DNA of 54,804 nucleotides from a virus (Duplodnaviria; Caudoviricetes): IMG/VR virus record IMGVR_UViG_3300017747_001955, positions 1 to 54,804 of that record; one strand, 5' to 3'. Shown piece by piece: positions 47,250 to 54,804 of this stretch (position 1 is its first letter; each line of letters starts with the position of its first letter). The notes under the pieces were generated by a model. It saw only the letters and a program-made list of their open reading frames with translations, ran no database searches and was not told where the DNA came from. The position numbers and the translations under genes were made by a program.

Positions 47250-48359
47250 TTAGCAAGCAGATACATCACAAGTAAATGTAATACCTGTAGTATCAAATAT
47301 TATTGTAGGAAGATCACCATTGTTTATAGAGTCACATCCTAAAGTATTGTAACTTTCAACCACAGCTCCTCTGTTTATAGGAGCAAGAGGTATTTGACCT
47401 GGTAAAATTGGATTAGTAATATACATTATGTTTCCTGTAGTTGGACTTATGTAGTAAGGTGCTGACTTTACAAATACACCTGGTGCACTTTGTACACAAG
47501 CATATCCAAAAGGAACAGTTCTAGAACACACATAAAATGAATTTAATATGTTATTACCAGTGTTATCAGACTGAGGAGTAGGTGTGTCACTAAAGCAACT
47601 TCTTTTTATTCCATTACAATCAGTCCATTCTAATCCCCAGAATTCACCAGTATAGATTTTATATGTTCTACACTCTAATGTATTTGCAGTTTCAATATCA
47701 CAAGGAAACTCTTCTATTATAATTTCTCCAGTAAGAGGATCTATTCCTGTAGCTATTAAAATAGTAAGCACTGCTTGATAGGCATTAGCTGACTGAATAA
47801 TAGGTTGAGCCAGATCATCCGCAGTTACTGTAAATGCGTAGAATCCATTATTTGAATTAGCTACCACATCATTATAACTGATATTAACTCCTCCAAGTGA
47901 TATATCTGGATTAGCAGTTATATCAAATATTTCTAGAAAGAATCCTGCAATTGAACTAGTAGTAAAGTTTGCTTGTTGAGTTATACCTACATTAAAGAAG
48001 TATGAACTATCAACATAAGTATTACTGCAAGCAAAACTAAGTATTCTAGGATCACAATTTGCTTCAAATATTGGATCAGTTGGTTCTGAAAATGTAGTAG
48101 TTCCTGTACTACAAAACTGTAAGATTTTAAATACATATGCTGTATTATAATCAAAGTCTGAACCATTTCCATAAACACCTGTCAGTGTTTGATTTAAAAC
48201 AGTTCCTCCATTTGTTGCTATATTAAATGTACCATATGCAGTAGCTTGCTGAAAACTTGAAAGAATTCCATTAGGTTGTACATGAGCATAATACAATATG
48301 CCATTTACAGCATCTGGACTACATGTATAATTTATTGTGAATGTTACTGGACCTGCCAT
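47250..48359 (-). CDS. Beta-rich, Cys-containing structural/appendage protein (369 aa), FN3-like N-terminus
   Basis: DFDYNTAYVFKILQFC parallels GLDANTVYRVMVAKSC in the upstream fibre; T/N/S/Y-rich composition. Confidence 0.55.
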   Translation of the reverse strand: MAGPVTFTINYTCSPDAVNGILYYAHVQPNGILSSFQQATAYGTFNIATNGGTVLNQTLTGVYGNGSDFDYNTAYVFKILQFCSTGTTTFSEPTDPIFEANCDPRILSFACSNTYVDSSYFFNVGITQQANFTTSSIAGFFLEIFDITANPDISLGGVNISYNDVVANSNNGFYAFTVTADDLAQPIIQSANAYQAVLTILIATGIDPLTGEIIIEEFPCDIETANTLECRTYKIYTGEFWGLEWTDCNGIKRSCFSDTPTPQSDNTGNNILNSFYVCSRTVPFGYACVQSAPGVFVKSAPYYISPTTGNIMYITNPILPGQIPLAPINRGAVVESYNTLGCDSINNGDLPTIIFDTTGITFTCDVSAC

Positions 48360-48360
48360 A

Positions 48361-51300
48361 TTAGAATGTTATTGTAGATTGATTAATAAACGGACAAGAA
48401 GGATTGTCTGGATTAGTGAACTCAAATTCTAGTAAGTCACCATTGAATAAGTTGATACTGTCTACAAGAATTGTATATACTTTTATTGCATTAAGTCCGT
48501 TACTTATAGAATATGTAGTTCCTTGAGTTAAGTTTCTTATTGCTACCAATGGCTTATCTAAGATGAATGAAGTGAATTCAATTGTTGCACCTAATGTAGT
48601 TGAAATAGTACTAGGAATAGTTGCCCAAGTAGTATCAGTAATTTCTTTCCACTGACCAAATGTATCTGACATATTACTTAAACTATATAAGTCATAGTTA
48701 TCAACAGTGGTTGAAGTAGAGTAATCAGTTATAGAAACATTTAATTCATTGTGTACATTATCTAAATAAGATCTATTACCAAGATCTAATCTAAACCATC
48801 TTCTACTAGGAGTATCTGCATTGGTTGCAGCACTAAAATATGGAACACCATTAACATCCTCTAAAGTATATACATGATTTAAGTTAGTATAAGGTAATAC
48901 CATTCTACCAAATGAACTACTTCTGACTAAGCCATTAGTTACAGTACTAAACACATATACAGGCATTGTAGAAGTTTGATAATACAAATAGATTTCATCT
49001 GTACTAGGTGAATACTGAATAGAACTGTATGCATTTCCAAATGTATCTAAGTAATCATTTATAAAGCTTAAATCAATTGTAGCTACAGTAGCAAATGTAG
49101 TATCATCTAATACTTTTATTACATAACTTGAACTAAGTCCAACATTACTTGTTGCAGGAGTTAATGGATCAAATGCAGCGGGGGCAGCACCTGTATATGA
49201 TATCTCAAACCAAGCAGGATCTGCAGCTGTAATTGTTACTCTATTTAAGTTGTATGTGGTTGGAAGTACTCCATTAATATTTACAACTTTTACAACTGAG
49301 AAACTATTAGTAATGTAGTATCTAATAGTTTGATTTAGAGAATCATATACTGCATTAGTTATGTTAGTTATAGTACAAGTTGGATTTTTATTACCTATTA
49401 ACCAATATGTATTTTGGTTAGATACTTTAATAAAGCCAAACTCTTTAGTAGGATATGTAAAGTTAGAATTATAAAATAATCCATCTGGTGTAGATGAACA
49501 GACTGTAGACACCACACCTATATCTACATAATCAGGAGTTTCTCTTTGTGTAAGAATATCTGAAGGACCATATTTTAAAATAAGACTTGAGTATTGTGGA
49601 TAGTATGGACCAGATGCTCCACTGTATGCAACTAAAGCATAACAGTAGATATTTCCTGCATTATCACTTTGAATACTCATTGTAGTATTCATGTTTGCAT
49701 AATTAGCTAACTGAACTGTTCCTCCACTTATGTAAGTAGCAGATGTGCCAGCTATGTTAGCAACTGTAAAAGTAGTTGGGCTCACTGCAATAATAACTGC
49801 AGAAGATACATCAGTATTTGGAAAATTTAACTCACCTAATGGAACACTATTAACTCCTGTTACATTAACAATATCACCAACTGCAAAGTGATGAGGAAAC
49901 ACTCCATTATAAATAGCAGATACACCAGAAGGTCTTACATTATATGTGATATCTGTAGGACTTACAGCCACTCCATATACTGTACAAGTTTTTCCTTGAT
50001 TTGCAACACTAGGTGTTAATCCATTAACAAAACTACCTTGATTCTTAATGTTTGTTCCAATTGTATTTACACCATGTAATCCACCTAATGTTTTTGTGTT
50101 AATCAGATAAAACTGATAACCATTGCCAGAAGGAACTGTGATTAGTTTTTCATAATATGAATCATATATGAAGTTATAGAAAGTACTACTATAATAATCA
50201 TAGATTGTTCTCTTAGAAGGAACAAGAGATCCATCAGATTGAATATTCCATATTCTAATTAATCCACCTCCTGTAGAATTTCCCCATAATTGAGCAACTC
50301 CAGTTTCAGCATGAGACTCTGAAAAATATACTTGATCAGATATTGATTTCTTCCAGAATATTTGACCATTACTAGGATTTGTTTTAATAGCTAATCCACC
50401 ATAGCAATAATCATTATTATAATCATTGAATCCAAAAAACTCTCCATAGCGATTAGGATTGTAAGAAGAAACTGTTCCAGAATAAGTGTTTACTCCTGTT
50501 CCCGTTAGTACCTGATCAACTGTGTTAGTAGCAAAATCATAAACAAATAAGTTTGCTACATCGTATGTATATTTAAGTTCTGTAGAGTAAGTCTGTTTTA
50601 AGTAATTCATTATAACAAACTTACTATTTCCTATATAACTAGCTCCTTGGATTCTTTCTATAATAGAACTATCTCCATATGTAAAGCCATTGAGTTTTTC
50701 ATATACTGAAGGAACAGTTTGTGTACTCCATGTTTGAGTAACTGTTGGATCTTGCAGAATGATAAAATTTCTTGTATTTTTTTCAGTGAAGTATAATATA
50801 CCTGTAGTATCATCTACAGCTATTTGACCACAAACAGGAGCGTTCCATTTAGAAGAACCATCTACTACACCATACTGAGTACTATTCTGAAGTATGTAGA
50901 CATTCATGTCATTTATAGATGATCTTGCATCTCTTGCTATACCATACACAAAACCAGCAACATTATCAGCAACTAGTTGCAATGGTCCTTGAACAGGAAC
51001 AGTATTAAAAGGAAAGTCTTTATATAAAGTAATAGAAGTTACTGTACCTCCGCTATCAATTGTTTCAACTGTTCCATTTCCAAGAGAAACATACACTAAG
51101 TTACTTGTAGATTCATAACAAGTACCTCCATCATTTATTTCATATAACAAATAATTACTTGTACTATCTAAACCTGTAGCTGAACTGATCATTTTATCAG
51201 CTAAAGGACTATTGAAGTATCTAGCATATGAATCAATAGGAAATACAGTAGTTGTGTATGCACCTGGTACTGCATTTAAAAATCCATTAGCTCCTGCATT

Positions 51301-53856
51301 TCTACCAGATTCAATTAAGTATCTACTTGTATTCTCCCATACTCTAGAAGTAAATGATGCTGTATAATCTACAATGTTGTATGCATGGAATATACCATAA
51401 CTATCACCAGTAGAAACAGTAAATGGAACTGTATTAGGTATAGGTCTAGTAGAATCAACACCTCTTTGAATACTGATTGTATCACCTGATATACCTGGAT
51501 AAATAAAATATCCACTGTTATTATAGAAAAACATTTCACCCAAAACATTTTGAGTGGAGTTATATATCTTATAGTTATTTGCAGCATATGAAACTACACC
51601 TGGAGGAGGTGTATTCCAAGTTTTTGTACTATCCTGAAATCTAGCACTATCAGGTTGATAGATATTAGGAGGATTAGGAATAGTACCTAATGGAATGGGA
51701 ACTGTAGGTGAACCAGTAACAGTACCTTCTGCTGCAGTTGAACCAGTTGTTAAATTATTCCAAGCAGTGATTGCATTTCTTTCTAAGTAATTAGTTTGAC
51801 TATATGTTCCTGAATTTATAATACCCCAAGGAGCAACATCAACAATATAAAAATTACTAGAAGCACCATCAACAAACACATATATTCTATTATCAGTGCT
51901 GTTAAATTCTACTAATCTTATAGGAGTTGTAGGTCCACCAGGTAAAGCAGAAAGATCCTGACTATCTATTAATGTAGTTCCATCATACACTGATACTGTT
52001 GTATTATCAGCAATATATGAATACCCTGTTGAAGAATCTATTGCAATATTTAAAGAATAATCCCCACCACTTGTTACATGATCTAAAGAATAAACTGTAG
52101 CAGGAGGTACTTCAGGAACTAAAACTATTTCTGAAACTGTAATATCAATAGGATGATTATAGTCAGTAGCTACTGTTGGATTACTTATATCTGATGCAAC
52201 AATTTTAGCAGTAGACTCAACAAATGATGCATATAAAAATCCATTATAACTAAAACTAGAATTAGTAGAACCAAGAGTACCTACAGATGATGTTTGATAA
52301 ATATCTGGTGCACCTTTAGTGAGAATATTAGGACCTTCAAATATTACAGATGCACTAGTATATCCTGTTCCAGGAACATCAATTCTAAGATAAGGTAGTC
52401 CTGCAATTACTACAGCAGATGCTGTATAAGAAGTGGTTGTATTTATACTATTTGCAATGTTATCTAATGCTTGCTTTAGTGTAAGACCTGAATAGTTTTG
52501 ATTAGTTAATGTAATAACATTAACAGATCCTGGTTGTAAGTCAACAGTAATATTCATATTATCTGTTAATTCAGTGTAACCACTAGCTGTACCACCTGTT
52601 TGATAAGTACCTGCAGCTGTTAAACTTACAGTAAATGAATTACTTGTTGCTGCTGTAATTGTTTTAGATGCAGTTGAAAAATTATATGTACTAGGATTTA
52701 CATTACTTACAAATACTTCTTGTCCTACTGTAAATGCATTAGTTGTTCCTGTATATGTATAAGTAGTAAAACCTCCTGATGATGTTGCATCTACTATAGT
52801 ATATCCAGCAGGATTACCTCCACCTGGTGCAAATGTTTCAATCTTAATAGGAGCATAAATATTATAAGTTCCATTATAAGAAGTAACAGGTACTCCACTA
52901 CTATTTACTAAAGGAAGAGTTGTTACACCATCAGATGTAGTAAAAGAAAAAGTATAATCATTAATATTTGTTCTACCTAATCCATCAGCTAATGTATAAT
53001 CTACATTACCTGTTACGCTGTCAAAACATATTGCAGCACTGATGTTAGCAGCATTAGCTACATTTAAAGTTGGATAAGTTGCCGCAGGATTAGTAGGAAA
53101 ACTAAATGGAGTAACATCTACTGCATACCAAAAACAAGTAGTGTCTTGATAAAAGAACTCAGATGCATATTTAATCTGAGGAGTGATGTTAAACTTATAG
53201 TCATTGTTATATTTTAATAATAATGGTGCAAGTGCACCGCCTACAGTTGGAAGTCCATTATCACAAGTACCAAGTAAGCTATTACCTGGAAAAACATTTC
53301 TAGTATCTCTTCCTAAATAACTAACAGCAGATGATGCATTAGAAGGAGATAAGAAATCTAATTGTTGTTCAGCACAATACAGTGAAGTAAAATTAAGACA
53401 GAAGTTAGCTGTAATATATGCAGTTCTTCCTACTACTAAATCAGCAGGAGTAGGGCAACTAGTAGGTAAAGCATCATTTACTTCTGTATCATATACCGCA
53501 ACTCTAGCATTACCCATATGATGACCATCAGGATAATATACAGAATAGAATAATGTAGGATAATTATTTACAAGTGGTCCTTGCCATGTAGCAACTACTG
53601 GACATCCTGAATTTACCACTGTTGATTCTATAACTACATCTTGTATACCAAGACAAGACTTAGCAACCATTACTCTATATACAGTATTTGCATCAAGACC
53701 AGTTATAGTATAACTAGTTGCAGTATAAGGTAATAATGTTGGATTAGCTAGTATCCAAGTATTTAATCCAAGAGGATCATATTCTTTATAGAATACATTA
53801 AATCCATCTGCTATATTAGCATTACTGCCAGGTGACCAATATATGTTTAAATCCAT
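48361..53856 (-). CDS. Large tail fibre/appendage or receptor-binding protein (1831 aa) with an FN3 domain, beta-propeller-like repeats and three small beta-barrel inserts
   Basis: N-terminal W...GFNVFYK...SYTITGLDANTVYRVMV is FN3-like; propeller-like blades (IAIDSSTGYSYIAD, EFNSTDNRIYV, IAVDDTTGILYF, YSPSTDEIYL); T/S/N/G/Y-rich. Confidence 0.7.
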   Translation of the reverse strand: MDLNIYWSPGSNANIADGFNVFYKEYDPLGLNTWILANPTLLPYTATSYTITGLDANTVYRVMVAKSCLGIQDVVIESTVVNSGCPVVATWQGPLVNNYPTLFYSVYYPDGHHMGNARVAVYDTEVNDALPTSCPTPADLVVGRTAYITANFCLNFTSLYCAEQQLDFLSPSNASSAVSYLGRDTRNVFPGNSLLGTCDNGLPTVGGALAPLLLKYNNDYKFNITPQIKYASEFFYQDTTCFWYAVDVTPFSFPTNPAATYPTLNVANAANISAAICFDSVTGNVDYTLADGLGRTNINDYTFSFTTSDGVTTLPLVNSSGVPVTSYNGTYNIYAPIKIETFAPGGGNPAGYTIVDATSSGGFTTYTYTGTTNAFTVGQEVFVSNVNPSTYNFSTASKTITAATSNSFTVSLTAAGTYQTGGTASGYTELTDNMNITVDLQPGSVNVITLTNQNYSGLTLKQALDNIANSINTTTSYTASAVVIAGLPYLRIDVPGTGYTSASVIFEGPNILTKGAPDIYQTSSVGTLGSTNSSFSYNGFLYASFVESTAKIVASDISNPTVATDYNHPIDITVSEIVLVPEVPPATVYSLDHVTSGGDYSLNIAIDSSTGYSYIADNTTVSVYDGTTLIDSQDLSALPGGPTTPIRLVEFNSTDNRIYVFVDGASSNFYIVDVAPWGIINSGTYSQTNYLERNAITAWNNLTTGSTAAEGTVTGSPTVPIPLGTIPNPPNIYQPDSARFQDSTKTWNTPPPGVVSYAANNYKIYNSTQNVLGEMFFYNNSGYFIYPGISGDTISIQRGVDSTRPIPNTVPFTVSTGDSYGIFHAYNIVDYTASFTSRVWENTSRYLIESGRNAGANGFLNAVPGAYTTTVFPIDSYARYFNSPLADKMISSATGLDSTSNYLLYEINDGGTCYESTSNLVYVSLGNGTVETIDSGGTVTSITLYKDFPFNTVPVQGPLQLVADNVAGFVYGIARDARSSINDMNVYILQNSTQYGVVDGSSKWNAPVCGQIAVDDTTGILYFTEKNTRNFIILQDPTVTQTWSTQTVPSVYEKLNGFTYGDSSIIERIQGASYIGNSKFVIMNYLKQTYSTELKYTYDVANLFVYDFATNTVDQVLTGTGVNTYSGTVSSYNPNRYGEFFGFNDYNNDYCYGGLAIKTNPSNGQIFWKKSISDQVYFSESHAETGVAQLWGNSTGGGLIRIWNIQSDGSLVPSKRTIYDYYSSTFYNFIYDSYYEKLITVPSGNGYQFYLINTKTLGGLHGVNTIGTNIKNQGSFVNGLTPSVANQGKTCTVYGVAVSPTDITYNVRPSGVSAIYNGVFPHHFAVGDIVNVTGVNSVPLGELNFPNTDVSSAVIIAVSPTTFTVANIAGTSATYISGGTVQLANYANMNTTMSIQSDNAGNIYCYALVAYSGASGPYYPQYSSLILKYGPSDILTQRETPDYVDIGVVSTVCSSTPDGLFYNSNFTYPTKEFGFIKVSNQNTYWLIGNKNPTCTITNITNAVYDSLNQTIRYYITNSFSVVKVVNINGVLPTTYNLNRVTITAADPAWFEISYTGAAPAAFDPLTPATSNVGLSSSYVIKVLDDTTFATVATIDLSFINDYLDTFGNAYSSIQYSPSTDEIYLYYQTSTMPVYVFSTVTNGLVRSSSFGRMVLPYTNLNHVYTLEDVNGVPYFSAATNADTPSRRWFRLDLGNRSYLDNVHNELNVSITDYSTSTTVDNYDLYSLSNMSDTFGQWKEITDTTWATIPSTISTTLGATIEFTSFILDKPLVAIRNLTQGTTYSISNGLNAIKVYTILVDSINLFNGDLLEFEFTNPDNPSCPFINQSTITF

Positions 53857-53872
53857 TTTATCTTTTATTTAT

Positions 53873-54172
53873 TTATTCAACTATTTGCCAGAACACTGTT
53901 CCATTATCATTAATATTTGTACTCCTTATCTCAAAACTCACATTAGGAATGGTGTTAGGAGAATATACATATAAGTTACCAATTAAGGTGGTACTATCTT
54001 GATTTCTTGTAAGTAACACTGCTTTTCCTGCATTGAAGTTATTTACAGTCACTTTACCCAAAACTAAATCAGCATAACCTGATGTTTCAATATTTGCATC
54101 AGGAATAGGAGTAGATGATATTTCTACATTAACTCCATCTGAAATCCATTGATATACTATGTCTTGTCCCAT
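53873..54172 (-). CDS. Small fibre-associated beta protein (99 aa); start revised from 54211 to 54172
   Basis: ATG at 54172 sits 1 nt after the upstream TAA (TAA-T-ATG); C-terminus FEIRSTNINDNGTVFWQIVE resembles fibre-tip domains. Confidence 0.6.
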   Translation of the reverse strand: MGQDIVYQWISDGVNVEISSTPIPDANIETSGYADLVLGKVTVNNFNAGKAVLLTRNQDSTTLIGNLYVYSPNTIPNVSFEIRSTNINDNGTVFWQIVE

Positions 54173-54173
54173 A

Positions 54174-54804
54174 TTAATAATAATAAAATACGCAATAAGA
54201 TGATGCACCACTTAGTATATTACTAAACCCTGATGCTGTAGCAGGTAAAGTTGTGTATGCTAATGATTGAGTATAACCAGTTATAATTCCTAATTGTAAT
54301 GATGCACCTACACCAATGACATCAGGTAGGTTTAAGTTAGCTATTGATGCAATAGTTCCTGTTGATGCATTACTGAAGTATGCAAACCAATACAGTCCTT
54401 TGGTTAATGATACTGATAATCCTGTTGCAGTTTTAGTCCCTGTACTGTCTAATGCTAATGTCCCACTATCAACTAATCTTGTTTGAGGTTGATTGGTAGA
54501 AGCATTGTTTGTATAAATACCTACCCTTGCAGTAGTAGCTGCTCCTGCTATTGTTACTACTGCAATTCCTAATTGAGTTATAGTGATATCTCTGTCTATT
54601 ATAACAGGACTAAATCTAATGCTATTAGCCACATTAGGTGATGAACCAATTGCTAGTGCATTGTTTGATGGTGTATACCACCTACTTGATAATCTATATT
54701 GCCAAGGAGAAGTTTGTCTACCATTGAAGGTACTCCAATCAGTGGAGGATAAATATCCATTGGTTGAAGTAGTGGCTTGTGTAATAGCAAGTGTTCTATT
54801 AGCA
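54174..54804 (-). CDS. Tail fibre protein, C-terminal part (5'-truncated by the window edge)
   Basis: The frame stays open from the GTG at 54632 to the window end and reads ...ITQATTSTNGYLSSTDWSTFNGRQ..., a motif typical of phage fibre shafts; C-terminal ARVGIY...LTKGLYWFA head domain. Confidence 0.75.
   Translation of the reverse strand, partial: ANRTLAITQATTSTNGYLSSTDWSTFNGRQTSPWQYRLSSRWYTPSNNALAIGSSPNVANSIRFSPVIIDRDITITQLGIAVVTIAGAATTARVGIYTNNASTNQPQTRLVDSGTLALDSTGTKTATGLSVSLTKGLYWFAYFSNASTGTIASIANLNLPDVIGVGASLQLGIITGYTQSLAYTTLPATASGFSNILSGASSYCVFYYY

Larger units (their letters stand above)
1..54804 (-). other. Crassvirales-like phage genome segment (virion/late module)
   Basis: DFDID virion RNAP in a cluster of giant proteins, ring and nozzle genes, IHF-like gene, co-oriented dense genes, A-rich leaders with no obvious Shine-Dalgarno sequence. 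No host genes or integrase seen. Confidence 0.85.

Noticed and set aside
1842-51587. Short alternative-frame minus-strand ORFs (1842-2072, 11144-11329, 35468-35653, 36215-36424, 47987-48178, 51369-51587)
   Set aside because: Fully nested in larger genes, with no recognisable motifs or initiation context.
202-53856. Genome-wide stop-codon reassignment (genetic code 15 or 4)
   Set aside because: Giant ORFs are intact under code 11. TGA ends several coupled genes, and TAG at 27591 and 33741 is followed shortly by further in-frame stops. Only one internal TAG was found.
54173-54211. Extended N-terminus (MVHHLIAYFIIIN) of the 112-aa ORF as a signal peptide or holin helix
   Set aside because: It overlaps the upstream fibre gene's 3' end; the ATG at 54172 right after the TAA is the more plausible start.
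1-54804. CRISPR arrays, tRNA/rRNA genes, integrase/transposase, introns, inteins, DGR repeats
   Set aside because: No regular direct repeats, cloverleafs, reverse-transcriptase, homing-endonuclease or intein splice motifs were recognised, and intergenic space is minimal. Manual reading could miss degenerate cases.

Overview
This 54.8 kb AT-rich window is the virion (late) gene module of a crAss-like (Crassvirales-type) podophage, most likely infecting a Bacteroidota host. All credible genes lie on the minus strand, tightly packed and often with overlapping stop/start codons. Read in transcription order (high to low coordinates): tail fibre/appendage genes, a calcineurin-like metallophosphoesterase, an IHF/HU-like protein, a GH24 lysozyme, two tail ring proteins, a small HExxH zincin, a large tail nozzle/stabilisation protein, several low-complexity virion cargo proteins built around a repeated xxGG..LPxxQ motif, and three giant ejection proteins. 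The 3931-aa giant is a single-chain two-barrel virion RNA polymerase (DFDID motif) carrying a zincin domain. The most notable observations are: (1) a candidate programmed -1 frameshift at A_AAA_AAG-TAG (33744-33750) whose product recreates the cargo repeat motif across the junction; (2) a single in-frame TAG splitting the nozzle gene; (3) terminal cysteines positioned as if the three giant proteins form a head-to-tail chain; (4) a recurring intergenic promoter-like motif and a GNRA-capped structured RNA element. Family assignments rest on motif recognition only; no searches were run.
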